This document shows positions 18,279-28,975 of a stretch of 61,875 nucleotides of DNA, piece by piece. Numbering within the stretch: the stretch's first letter is position 1; every line of letters starts with the position of its first letter. Location: UHGV virus genome UHGV-0856201, one strand, 5' to 3'. This stretch comes from a virus. Made by a program: the position numbers and the translations under genes. The notes under the pieces were generated by a model, which was not told the origin of the DNA, did no database searches, and saw nothing but the letters and a program-made list of their open reading frames with translations.

Positions 18279-18574
18279 TCGACTTCCTCTTGTGGAACGA
18301 TAAGACAGACGGGGACGACCTGGACTGGGTTACACAAGGGGCGGCTGCACGTGGTATATCTGTTCCGGTTGTTGTACAGAAACGTCCTGAATTGCGACCT
18401 GATGCTATCTTTTACTGGAATGCTTATTTGGATCTGATGGAAGCTGATTGGGTTGCTTGTGAGCGTTATGCACGGGTGTATAACGTTGATGTACAATTCT
18501 TGTGGAAATTATTGGTAGCATTGCGGTCTGCACGTGTTGTCGAGATGAAGAAAAATAAACAAAAGCCCGGTTAG
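17856..18574 (+). CDS. tail assembly chaperone frameshift product (G-T-like fusion via -1 frameshift)
   Basis: Zero-frame gaa aaa aac tga; -1 frame opens at 18275 and runs to 18574 (..LIDFLLWNDKTDGDD..). Confidence 0.5.
18269..18275 (+). other. -1 programmed frameshift slippery heptamer A_AAA_AAC
   Basis: Heptamer in X_XXY_YYZ register just before the G stop codon. Confidence 0.55.
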
Positions 18575-18588
18575 TTCCGGGCGTTTTC
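18564..18588. terminator. putative bidirectional terminator
   Basis: gcccggttagttccgggc then gttttc, between convergent genes. Confidence 0.45.
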
Positions 18589-19485
18589 ATTTATGTAGTC
18601 GAGGATTGCAGGAGAGTATTTAAACCACTCTGTAGCACCGTCAAAGCCTTTGAGACGCGCATTAAGTTCACGGAAGACCTTGTGTACCTCTTGTTCCAGT
18701 TTGTAAGCATCAGCGCCGTGTGGAAACAGGTACGACACGAGTTTAACCACTGGGTGTGTTGTTTCGCGTTGTAGTTGTCGTAGTCGCCGTTTTAAGTCGT
18801 TTGTGATACCGACTTTAAGCAGAGTAGGGCACTTTTTATCGTCAGCTAACACGTAGAGTGTACCGGGTTCTGACGGGTTAAAACCTGTTTGTGAACACTG
18901 AGGACAACCATGTTTTTTATGCAAATGCATGGCTGGACGTTGTTCAAACACTCCATGCTCTGGGCAGATGATTTTTATTCGAGTGAAATTGTTAATATAC
19001 GCCACCAACGAATAGTCGTAACGGTCCCCATGAACTTCGCGAGCACGAGTAATGAAATCTTCGGCGCCTAAGCGTTTTTGTTCAGACGACTGTTTACGAG
19101 CACATTGTGGGCAACCTTTCCCGTGAACATGATTGCCCGGTGTCTGTTCAAACACATCATGTATCGGACAGATAATCTTCACAGGTGTGCACCAATTCAC
19201 ATACTCCACCAGCGAATAGTCATACTTGTCACCATGAACTTCACGAGCACGAGTGATAAACTCTTCTGTGGTTAAACGTTTTTGTTCAACAGTACATTGG
19301 GTACAACCTGCTTTCATTGAAGTGTGATTGTTCGGAGTCTGTTCAAATACCCCGTGTTCGGGGCAGATAATTTTTACTTTGGTGTTAGCACCTTCATACT
19401 CCACTAGCGAGTAATCGTATTTGTGCCCATGAACTTCACGGGCACGCGTGATAAACTCTTCTGTGGTTAAACGTTTCCTACTCAT
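18571..19485 (-). CDS. T5orf172-domain protein with three Zn-ribbon repeats, paralog 3
   Basis: Three repeats of FITRAREVHGxKYDYSLV..KIICPEHGVFEQ; C-terminal GTLYVL..LKVGIT..GFDGATEWF. Confidence 0.65.
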   Translation of the reverse strand: MSRKRLTTEEFITRAREVHGHKYDYSLVEYEGANTKVKIICPEHGVFEQTPNNHTSMKAGCTQCTVEQKRLTTEEFITRAREVHGDKYDYSLVEYVNWCTPVKIICPIHDVFEQTPGNHVHGKGCPQCARKQSSEQKRLGAEDFITRAREVHGDRYDYSLVAYINNFTRIKIICPEHGVFEQRPAMHLHKKHGCPQCSQTGFNPSEPGTLYVLADDKKCPTLLKVGITNDLKRRLRQLQRETTHPVVKLVSYLFPHGADAYKLEQEVHKVFRELNARLKGFDGATEWFKYSPAILDYINENARN

Positions 19486-19486
19486 C

Positions 19487-19666
19487 TTATTTGTCGCTTT
19501 TTAACACAGACCAGATTAACGCACCTAACCAACCGACGAATGTCCAACCCGCAAAGATGTTAAGTAAAATAATTGCTGTTTGTTGTTTATGTTTAACGTT
19601 AATCGCGATGAGTGCTGGGATCAGATATACAGCAGCGATTAAGAAAAGAATGATGAAAGTAGCCAT
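19487..19666 (-). CDS. small membrane protein, superinfection-immunity-like
   Basis: 59 aa MATFIILFLIAAVYLIPALIAINVKHKQQTAIILLNIFAGWTFVGWLGALIWSV; resembles Imm_superinfect family. Confidence 0.45.
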   Translation of the reverse strand: MATFIILFLIAAVYLIPALIAINVKHKQQTAIILLNIFAGWTFVGWLGALIWSVLKSDK

Positions 19667-19689
19667 TTTGTAACCCTCCTTTGTTTTGA

Positions 19690-19738
19690 TGTTTGTAGGT
19701 TACACGTCCTTGTGTAATCCATCAAGAATTATTTTAAA
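19690..19738 (-). promoter_or_regulatory. conserved phage early promoter (copy 6)
   Basis: ccatcaagaattattttaaacg; -35 TTGATG; upstream segment near-identical to copy 1. Confidence 0.55.
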
Positions 19739-19800
19739 CGTTTGTCGCTTTTTAGACCCGTGTTAAACTGTGTACATGCTTCACGAAAAGGTTAACCAAC

Positions 19801-22703
19801 ATGGCACAATATCCTATTGATATTAAGATTGACACCGGTTCGGCTGACCGCAATCTTAATAATCTTAACAGTCAGTTAGATCAGACTGAAAAATCAACCA
19901 TAGCGGCAACACAGGCTGCTAATCAGTTATCTGTGGCTGAACAGCAGGTTGCAAAAGCAGCACAGCAACTGGCACAACAACAAGCTAATCAGGCTGCGCG
20001 TACTATAGCAACTGCTCGCGCTACTCGTGAAGCGGCACAGGAACAATCACGCCTGTTAGCAACACAGGGTGCTGCTGCTCGTGCGGCTGGTCAGACTGTT
20101 AATAATCAACAGAAATTTGCTGAATTAGCCAAAATTATCAAACAAGCAACTGCTGATGAAAAGAAAGCAATTGACGATCTGACTAACAGTCTTAAAAAAC
20201 TTGATAATCAGCAGAATAACACTAACCAATCAACACAAAAAACTAAGGGCGCTCTTGAAACACTTGTCACTGGTGCAAAAGCGTTTGTCGGTTTACAGAT
20301 TGCAGGATCGCTTTACGACTGGGGTAAAGCCTTTGTAGATACTGCAACGAAAGTCGAACTGCTACAAAGTCGTATCAATCTGTACACATCAACGTCTGTC
20401 GAATCACAACAGATATTTGCGCAATTAGTACAACAAGCTAACCGTGCTGGTACAGATATTGACGCTGTGGCAAACAGTTTTCAGCGTTTTGCCGCTGCTG
20501 GTAAAGATGCCGGGATTAGTAATCAGGTTATTTTACAGTTTACCGACAACCTGCAAAAAATGGCCCGTGTATCTGGTGCATCCAGTGCTGAAGCATCTGC
20601 GGCTATTTATCAATTGTCACAGGCATTTGCATCTGGTCTTTTGCAGGGGGATGAATTCCGATCTGTGTCAGAACAGTTACCAACTGTTCTTCAGGTGCTG
20701 GCTAAACAGATGGGTGTTACCACGGATGAACTTAAACAGTTAGGTTCTGATGGCGAAATTACCCGTGATAAACTGTTATTGTTAAACAACGCGACTGATG
20801 AAATCAGCGCACAGTTCGATAAACTTCCTCGTTCTGTAGATCAGTCTGCCACTGCGTTACGTAACAACCTGTCCGTGGCTATCGCTGAACTCGATCAGCA
20901 GATTGGCGCATCTAAATTCCTGGCTAAATTCCTGGACCTGTTAGCAGGTGGTGTATCGGGTACAACAGAGTTAATAAAAGCCGCTGCAGGTGCTGACAAA
21001 CTGGCACAAGCCACTAACAATCTGAATAGTGTTACCGCAAAACGTGAAGCCAATCTGAAAGAAATTGCAGATCTGGAAGCACAAATTCAGCGTGGGTATA
21101 CAACACAGTCAATTGGTGGGTATACAAAATTTGTTGGTGACACCAGTGCTGCACAGAAGAAATTAAACGAACTTAAAAAACTTGATGTTCAGTTAACAAA
21201 ACAACAAGCAGAAGCACAACGAGGGGTTGTTCAGGCTACTCCGTTGGGTAAGGGTGTTGCTGAAAATCTTGCAAATCAGGCAAGCACTTTACAGGCGAGT
21301 ATTACGGCTGCTCAGGCTGCCGGACGTCCTGATGCCGAATCTGCAAAACAGATTAAAAACCTGAAAGAACAGATCACCTACACCCAGGCGCTTGCTGACG
21401 GTAACTATGAACTGGCAGCAAGTCAGAAACTGGGTAATAAAGCAACTAAGGAACAGATTGCAGACTATGCTGCATTGTTGAAACAACAGGCAGAATATAA
21501 AGAAAACCAAAAAAACAGAAGGAATCAGCGAGTGCTGCTAAACGTGCACAGAAAGAACTGGAACGTAATCAGGCTGCTAACCAGAAATACCTGAAAACGC
21601 TTCAGGATAAAATCAATGCTGGTAATTATGATGTTCAGTTAGCCCGCGAACAGGTTCAGATTGCTTTAACACAGGGGTCGTCTGTTGAACAACTTACAGC
21701 AACGTATCAGAAAGAATATCAGGTACGTCAACAGTTAACGCTGGCTTCACAACAAGCAGAAGCACAGTCACGACTGAATAAAGACGCGACAGATGCTGAA
21801 CGTGCTGCTGTTGATGCACATGTGGCTGCATTGCAACGTCAACAGCAGATAGCACAGTTAAGCGCAGATGTAAAACAAGTTGACATTGATGTGAAAGCAC
21901 AGTTGAACCCGTATCAATCACAAATTGATCAGGTTAATCAACAGGAAGCAACACGTCTTAGTATTATCCAAGCTGCCCGTGAACAAGATTTAATCAACGA
22001 ACAACAATACCAGGATATGAAAACGCAGATTCAACAGGCTGGGGAACAAGCCCGTACGAATCTTGCAAACGCTAACTACAGCTTGTTGCTACAATCCAGT
22101 GCTGATTTTTTGGGTCAAATGGCTGCTGGTCTGGCACAATCTAAAGGTGAGCAATCAAACGCGTATAAAGCGATGTTTGCACTGTCTAAAGCCTTTAGTA
22201 TCGCACAGGCGAGTATTAACCTGTGGACAGCCGTTAGTCAGGCTATGGCGTTGCCGTTCCCGGCGAATATTCCGTTCATTGCACAGGCTTTATCATACGG
22301 GACAAGTGTGTTAGGTAACATTCAGTCTGTGGCTGCAACAGGTTTTGCAACGGGTGGTTATGTTAAAGGTCCGGGTACAGGTCAGAGTGACAGTATAAAC
22401 GCACGTTTGAGTAATGGTGAGTTTGTCAGTACCAAACAGGCTACCAGTCGTTATCGTAGCACTCTGGAAGCAATGAATCGTGGCACATATACACCAGGAT
22501 CTGAAGGTGGTTCATCACCTAATATTCAGGTTCATAACTACGGTGGTGAACGTGTTCAGGTGAAACAAGGATTAACACGAGATGACGTAGTGCTTATCAT
22601 AGGTGAAGAATTCCCACGACAATCAGCGGCACAATGGAATGACCCGTACAGTCAGACGAATAAAGCGTTCAGGTCTAACTATGATGCGAACAGGAAAATA
22701 TAA
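19801..22703 (+). CDS. tape measure protein, split by a -1 frame change at an A7 run
   Basis: ORFs 19801-21594 and 21501-22703 are both TMP-like; frames overlap 21501-21594. Confidence 0.7.
21510..21516 (+). other. A_AAA_AAC heptamer at the tape measure frame change
   Basis: Same heptamer and register as the chaperone site; a -1 slip here continues the ORF to 22703. Confidence 0.4.
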
Positions 22704-23206
22704 TGAGCAATACAGATGATTTACCACGACTTGAGTACGGCGCGAAAATGGTGTTACCTGAGCGTGATAATTACAGTTATAACCCGCCGTGGGGTGTAAC
22801 TAAATCTGATATTTCCGGGACGCTATCACGGTTAGGTCGTAGCGCCTTTGGTGGTCCTGCTCAGGTATCGTGTACAATTCAGTTATATAGTCCTGCGATG
22901 CTTCAGTGGTGGGACGATTTTTATAATCTGGAAATCGCTGAAGGTAGTAAGCGGTTTGTGATGCAACTGTTTGTGAACGGTTTGATTCAGGAACACGTTG
23001 TTCAGATTGTCAGTAACCCGTCATCCTCTGTTGTAGGATGGAAAGGATCTGTCGATCTACAGTTGCAAGCTGTTCCGGTAATCGACCGTTGCGCAATGGC
23101 ATCACGATTGTTAATCACTAAATGCCAGGGTGATTACGCTGCTTGTTACCTTAAAGAAATTATTGATACTGGCCTACTCTTAAATAACGCGTGGACACCA
23201 GAATGA
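22703..23206 (+). CDS. minor tail protein
   Basis: 167 aa immediately after tape measure gene. Confidence 0.4.
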   Translation: MSNTDDLPRLEYGAKMVLPERDNYSYNPPWGVTKSDISGTLSRLGRSAFGGPAQVSCTIQLYSPAMLQWWDDFYNLEIAEGSKRFVMQLFVNGLIQEHVVQIVSNPSSSVVGWKGSVDLQLQAVPVIDRCAMASRLLITKCQGDYAACYLKEIIDTGLLLNNAWTPE

Positions 23207-23709
23207 AAGACGAACTACGTGAATTATTAACGGTCGCAACAACTGGTAAAGGTGTTGTTGACGGTGTGAAACTGAATCATAGTTCATGGCCCAATCCGCT
23301 ATACATCACCAGTGTTTATCCGGGATTTATCGCTGTGCATGAAGACGGTAAGGAATACGAGTATGAGTACGTTCCTATGTCCGTCAAGAAGGCGAATAAA
23401 CAAAACGATTTATCACAGGATTATTCATTCACCATTCAGGATCTGAATGAAGTTGTCGGTGTATATCTGGACTTAATTCCACTTGACAGCAATGAAAAAC
23501 CATCTGTTGAGTTACGAACGTTTGTTTATCGTGAAGATGGTTCCATGTCTGATATTCAGGATGGGCCATATCTTCTGGAATCTGGTGACATTACTACCGA
23601 ACCACAGGGTTGTACGTTCACAGCATCACCACCTATTACGAACTTTGCCGGGACAGGTGAATTATATACGTTTGAACGTTTTCCCACTCTACTGGCGTAT
23701 GCAACATGA
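23191..23709 (+). CDS. minor tail protein
   Basis: 172 aa; coupled in tail-tip operon. Confidence 0.4.
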   Translation: MDTRMKDELRELLTVATTGKGVVDGVKLNHSSWPNPLYITSVYPGFIAVHEDGKEYEYEYVPMSVKKANKQNDLSQDYSFTIQDLNEVVGVYLDLIPLDSNEKPSVELRTFVYREDGSMSDIQDGPYLLESGDITTEPQGCTFTASPPITNFAGTGELYTFERFPTLLAYAT

Positions 23710-24065
23710 TCGGTGACCGCTACGATATTGACAAATGGAATTGTACACACGAGGTTAGTCAGTGGTATCAGGTCCACAACTACCCATACGTATTGAAAAC
23801 TGTTTCAGGTGATGAATGGGATATTGCGTTTGTCAGATGGATGCGAAAACGTTTTTCACCAATTACCACACCGGAACAAGGCGCACTTGTACTGATGAAG
23901 AACCGATATTCAGGCGGTTTTCATGTCGGCGTGTGGGATTGTGGAATGGTTCATCATTGTTATCAACCACCGGGTGATTCACCAGGACAGACAATCAGAT
24001 CACCTTTAAGTATAATCAAGACAGCACATAAAGAAATCACGTTCTGGAGAATGAAAAGTGTCTAA
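23706..24065 (+). CDS. tail assembly protein, NlpC/P60-like
   Basis: 119 aa; candidate Cys/His residues (WNCTH, GGFHVGV, VHH); position as lambda K. Confidence 0.4.
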   Translation: MIGDRYDIDKWNCTHEVSQWYQVHNYPYVLKTVSGDEWDIAFVRWMRKRFSPITTPEQGALVLMKNRYSGGFHVGVWDCGMVHHCYQPPGDSPGQTIRSPLSIIKTAHKEITFWRMKSV

Positions 24066-26586
24066 AGTCATCTATCACACTAACCCTGTTGAACACGCTG
24101 ATAACGTTGACTTTGGTGAATGGATGCTGAAACGCTGGCCCGTGGGTACAGTTCGTCCGCGTGGGTTACTGATTTATAAAAACGACGAAAACATTACCCA
24201 AAAGTGGGTTACTGACCCCAGCGTATTGACTGATCCTGACGCTGTTTATCATATTTATGAACTACCAAAAGGAGGAGTGGTTAGTGCAATAACGAAAGTT
24301 ATTAGCACAATTCTAAACCCCATTTTAAAATTGTTTATGCCGAACACCAGTGCGTCGGCTAATCTTAAGAACTCACGTTCAGCGTCGTCTAACAACGCGC
24401 TTCAGGGGCGTACTAATGCTTCACGACCGGGTGAACGTATTTCTGATATCCGTGGTCGTGTACTGGCATATCCTGACCTGTTAATGGACTACCGAATCTT
24501 CATTGACCGAACAGAATACGAAGTTCAGTTTCTGTGTCTGGGTGCTGGTGAATACGAAGTCGAAGACGTTCGTGATGGTATTACACCTGCTGTAAACATC
24601 AGCGGTGAAAAATTAGACTTTTATAAAAAAGGTAATGCACCAGGGTATGGTTCTCCATATATGAATATCGGTGGTGCAATTGATATTAACACTTTTCCGA
24701 TCATGGTTGCTAAGTCATCGAACGAAGCAGACGGATCTGAAGTCAAGCCACCAAACTATGCTGATATCAGCAAAGCGAGTTTTAAAATTTACAGCACAGG
24801 TGAAATTGATACTACGATTTCCAGCGACGATAATACTACAATCGACTGGTCAGAACGTGCACCAATCGGTAGTAAAATTCGTTTATCACAATTTTACAGT
24901 TTTACACCTAATACGTTACCGTTAAACACGTATGTACGCAATGACCTGTCCGGTGAATATGATGTTATTTATGCAGGTGAGAATACGTTAATCATTGATA
25001 CTAATGGTCATGATGGTTGGGATGCTCTATCTGAAAGTGGTCAGGCTGCGTATACACAGGCTTATTTGCGAAACGATGGTTACTGGGAACTTGAAACCAC
25101 TGAAGGAAGTGGAAGTATTTTATACAAGTTTTCACCGTCTCTTGACAGTACCACGCCGTATATTGTCGGGCCTTATCTGATTGATAGTGCGGATAAGTTG
25201 ATGATTAACCTTTATGCACAAAATGGCGTGTATAAAACTGATGGCGACATTTATCCGTTTACCTGTGATTTCCAGGTAATCTTGTCAGACCCGAACGGTG
25301 TAAAAGCGAATGTGACACACTCTATGTCTGTCCGCGGTCGTTATACAGAAGCTGTAGGTAATTCATTAATTGTGGACAACCCTTTTGACGGTCCTGTCAA
25401 CGTGTCTGTAAGACGACTGTCAAATACAGACAAAGACTTCGAAGGGTCTGTTGTTGACAACATCAAGTGGCGCGATTTGTACGCTATCACGAACGTTTCC
25501 CCGCGTTCCTATGGTGATGTGACATTGATCCATACAGTGACGAAAGCAACAAATGCGGCACTGAAACAAAAAGAACGTAAATTAAACATGATTGCAACCC
25601 GTGTGTATAACGGTGTTGCAAGTAGTAATTTTGCAGACGTTGTATTGTCAATGCACACAGATCCTTTATTTGGTCGTCGCACATTAGACACCATTGATCG
25701 TGATGCTTTATATGCTGTTCAGGCACAAATTCTTGAATATTTTGGTGACCAACGAGCAATTGAAGTTGGCTATACATTTGATAACAACAGTACGACGTAC
25801 GAAGAAGGATTGGACACTATCTGTAACACGGTGAACATTAAACCGTATCAGATCGGTAGTGTATTGTATTTCTGGCCTGAATTACCGCAAGACCAGTCCG
25901 CAATGCAGTTTGGTCATGCGTTTAAAATTCCTGACAGTGACAAACGCACACGTTCTTTCGCACCACCTAAAGAATACACTGGTGTTCAGGTTAAATACTT
26001 CGACCACGATGAAAAATCATATTTGTATGTAACCAAAGGTGAAGAAACAAACCTTAATAAGATAGACCTTGTTGCGTGTCAGTCGCGATATCTTGCAAAC
26101 ATTCGCGCTAATCGTGAGATGAATAAGTTACGTTATCAACGTATCACCCATGAATGTACAGCGCTTAGTATCGGGTTACAGGCTACCCCGGGTATGCGCG
26201 TGGACATGATTGATAACACCCGTATGAAACAACACGAAGGTGTCGTAGTTGACGTTGACGGTTTAACGCTTATTCTCAGCGATCCTGTTACGTTCACCAC
26301 GGGTAATACATACAGCATAACGTTAACACACCGACTGGGAACACTTGAAAATATTCCTATAACTGCCGGGGATAATGAATTTTCAGTGGTAATGGCTTAT
26401 CAACCGTCTGAAGAAATTTATACAGGATGGTTGCGTGACCGTACAGCATATGTGATCCGTGCTGATGATGAAAGAAGTAAATTAGCGATGCTTGTTCAGA
26501 GTATGGAACCGTCAGGAAGGAATAATAACTATCAGGTAGGTTTAACGTGCATCAATTACGATGCACGTTATTATCAGGATGATTAA
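24058..26586 (+). CDS. tail tip / central fiber protein (J-like)
   Basis: 842 aa; last large gene of tail operon. Confidence 0.45.
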   Translation: MSKVIYHTNPVEHADNVDFGEWMLKRWPVGTVRPRGLLIYKNDENITQKWVTDPSVLTDPDAVYHIYELPKGGVVSAITKVISTILNPILKLFMPNTSASANLKNSRSASSNNALQGRTNASRPGERISDIRGRVLAYPDLLMDYRIFIDRTEYEVQFLCLGAGEYEVEDVRDGITPAVNISGEKLDFYKKGNAPGYGSPYMNIGGAIDINTFPIMVAKSSNEADGSEVKPPNYADISKASFKIYSTGEIDTTISSDDNTTIDWSERAPIGSKIRLSQFYSFTPNTLPLNTYVRNDLSGEYDVIYAGENTLIIDTNGHDGWDALSESGQAAYTQAYLRNDGYWELETTEGSGSILYKFSPSLDSTTPYIVGPYLIDSADKLMINLYAQNGVYKTDGDIYPFTCDFQVILSDPNGVKANVTHSMSVRGRYTEAVGNSLIVDNPFDGPVNVSVRRLSNTDKDFEGSVVDNIKWRDLYAITNVSPRSYGDVTLIHTVTKATNAALKQKERKLNMIATRVYNGVASSNFADVVLSMHTDPLFGRRTLDTIDRDALYAVQAQILEYFGDQRAIEVGYTFDNNSTTYEEGLDTICNTVNIKPYQIGSVLYFWPELPQDQSAMQFGHAFKIPDSDKRTRSFAPPKEYTGVQVKYFDHDEKSYLYVTKGEETNLNKIDLVACQSRYLANIRANREMNKLRYQRITHECTALSIGLQATPGMRVDMIDNTRMKQHEGVVVDVDGLTLILSDPVTFTTGNTYSITLTHRLGTLENIPITAGDNEFSVVMAYQPSEEIYTGWLRDRTAYVIRADDERSKLAMLVQSMEPSGRNNNYQVGLTCINYDARYYQDD

Positions 26587-26648
26587 CCAACTATCAAGTA
26601 GGGTTAACGTGCATCAATTACGATGCACGTTATTACCAGGATGATTAA
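26527..26648 (+). repeat. tandem ~60-bp duplication at the 3' end of the tail tip gene
   Basis: 26527-26586 and 26589-26648 near-identical, each with palindrome cgtgcatc..gatgcacg. Confidence 0.85.
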
Positions 26649-28652
26649 CTAACCATCATACCATGTTCCGTTTAAAAATTGAGTAACTCTATTCCTTGAT
26701 AGTTCAAATAGCTGAGTGCCGTTTTGTACGCCTGTTAAGTCCGTCCTGCTATTTTTGGTTAACATATCCCATCCCGTGGCAGATGGTGATACATATATTT
26801 TGGTTGTAGCATTATAAATTATGTTGCCACGGAGACTAATGTCTGAAATAGAACCTGAACCTGTTACTTCCAGTGAAATTCCTATGTTGGATGCCGGACA
26901 TAAAATAGTGTTGCCAGAAGCAATAAAACCAGTCATGGAACCTGACGTTAGCATATTTATTCCATCTGAAAGAGTGGAGATGTTATTATTAGTGACCTTC
27001 ACATTTGATGTCGTACCTGCGTCACCTGACTTAATGAAATTGGTTGTGTTGCTTGACCGGTTGTAGTCAACATTAAGCCCTGCTATTGTTGACGCTCTCA
27101 GGAAATAACTATCATTAGAACTATTGCCAGAGAATACATTTTCAGAAATATAAACATCTTCAGACATATATACATCTGCAAATGATTTACACGTCCCTTT
27201 TGCCCTGTTGCGGTTTATTTTGATGTGTTTACTACCACTACCATCATATGTCTTGATGAATAATGGGATTACAACAGCACCGCCGATCAGGTCGTTATCC
27301 GTAATTTCAATCTCATCCGCATGGTTTCCTATATGAAATGCTTCTGTGCCGTATTGCCCGGCGGACAGGGTATTGCCATAGACCTTAATGTAAGAGGTGT
27401 TAGCGTGTATATCAATACCAAAGGTTTGACCTACACCAGCACCTTCCGTGAAGTAACGTGATGCAAATCCTACAATGGTATTATTGTAAACCTTACCATT
27501 ACTGGTTGTGTAAACAGAATCAGGTTCAATGTCTATAGCGGCCAATAGAGTATCACCAATGTAATTATTATGTACTTTAAAGTGGATACAATCACTACCT
27601 ATTGAGATACCCATACGGTTAGTAGTAACAGTGTTGTTGTTTCGGATAGTGAAGTTTTTCGCGTTATAAACCAGGATGCCATCACCACGCTGCATCCCTA
27701 CACCGCCAATATTGTTAATGCGGCAATTTTGGATTAATAGTCCATCAGTTTGATTCTCATAGTGTGCGTAGTCTCCGAACCAGATCCCCATGCCGCACTC
27801 GCCAGTCAATGCTGAAACCCCGATGTCGTGAACACTCACTCCGTCAATAACGATATTGCTGCCACCGTACCCACGAATGCCACCGTCCAGGGTTCCGGTT
27901 ATATCAACATCAATCACTTTGGCATTAGCGATGTTAGCCATAAGTATCCCGGATTTCTCTTGCTGAGTTCCACCAACAAACTGAAAATTCAGGGAACCAC
28001 TATGTATCACTTTATTGCTTTTGTGGTTAATGGTATCGGAAACCTTGGAAACAAATCCTCTTCCGCCGAGCTTTATACTCGGTGAATCAGAGTTTAGAGC
28101 CGCTAAAATGGCTGAATCATTGAATCCACCGTCTACAGCCCCCCACCCTCTAATGTCACCCTCATCTCTCCATTGCTGAATTTTAATATGCTGATCCATC
28201 GATGGGATTAGAAGATATCCGTTTGGACCAGCTAATTGTGCTCTCAATGTCAAATCAGTTTGGTTTACCCATCCTGTAGGACTAATACCACCTGTTGTTG
28301 CAGGTGTTGAACCAACCGGGACAACTTTAGGTAGTGTGCCCATCCATTGATAATAATTACCTTCTGCTTCGTATATTAATACTTCCCAGCGATGATTAAT
28401 CGTACCACCGCCTTCAAATGAACCATCCGTAGGTTTAAATCCAATAGAACCAAAAAAACCATCTAGTGTTTTGTTAGTAACTGATTCACCACGGATAGTA
28501 TCTGTTACTTCCAGTGCGGGATTGCCAGCAGCATCACGACTTTTTGCAACGTGTTCAATATGTAAAATCGCTTGTTTGCCTGTTTTTAAATCATCAGCAC
28601 TGATATAATCGTTACAGTTAGCCATCTTTAAGTCTCCAGGAGTGTAGAACAA
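26649..28652 (-). CDS. tailspike / tail fiber protein with beta-helix
   Basis: 667 aa; repetitive N/G/I-rich beta-solenoid-like pattern; convergent to tail operon. Confidence 0.55.
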   Translation of the reverse strand: MFYTPGDLKMANCNDYISADDLKTGKQAILHIEHVAKSRDAAGNPALEVTDTIRGESVTNKTLDGFFGSIGFKPTDGSFEGGGTINHRWEVLIYEAEGNYYQWMGTLPKVVPVGSTPATTGGISPTGWVNQTDLTLRAQLAGPNGYLLIPSMDQHIKIQQWRDEGDIRGWGAVDGGFNDSAILAALNSDSPSIKLGGRGFVSKVSDTINHKSNKVIHSGSLNFQFVGGTQQEKSGILMANIANAKVIDVDITGTLDGGIRGYGGSNIVIDGVSVHDIGVSALTGECGMGIWFGDYAHYENQTDGLLIQNCRINNIGGVGMQRGDGILVYNAKNFTIRNNNTVTTNRMGISIGSDCIHFKVHNNYIGDTLLAAIDIEPDSVYTTSNGKVYNNTIVGFASRYFTEGAGVGQTFGIDIHANTSYIKVYGNTLSAGQYGTEAFHIGNHADEIEITDNDLIGGAVVIPLFIKTYDGSGSKHIKINRNRAKGTCKSFADVYMSEDVYISENVFSGNSSNDSYFLRASTIAGLNVDYNRSSNTTNFIKSGDAGTTSNVKVTNNNISTLSDGINMLTSGSMTGFIASGNTILCPASNIGISLEVTGSGSISDISLRGNIIYNATTKIYVSPSATGWDMLTKNSRTDLTGVQNGTQLFELSRNRVTQFLNGTWYDG

Positions 28653-28975
28653 TGTCTGATAACCCAGTGTTGAGGTATTGGCCTATAATAGCATTTGTTG
28701 CCACGGGGTTGGTAGGTTACGGGGTAACTCAAAACCAAATCAATTCTAATGAAAAAGATATTACAGATGCAAAAACCTATGCGCATGAGGCGCTTAATCT
28801 GGCAAAACGAGTGGAATCCCGTGTGGATGTTCATGATATCAAAATCGAATATCAGGCGACACAGAACGCTGAAATTCTCACCAGTGTTAAAGAGCTAACA
28901 CAGTCAACAAATGACCTGAAAGTTGTTATTGAAGGTTTAAAAGCGGAACAACGTAAAACCGGGGGTAAGCAATGA
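28652..28975 (+). CDS. putative holin (single TMD plus coiled coil)
   Basis: 107 aa; TMD YWPIIAFVATGLVGYGV; directly upstream of endolysin. Confidence 0.4.
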   Translation: MSDNPVLRYWPIIAFVATGLVGYGVTQNQINSNEKDITDAKTYAHEALNLAKRVESRVDVHDIKIEYQATQNAEILTSVKELTQSTNDLKVVIEGLKAEQRKTGGKQ

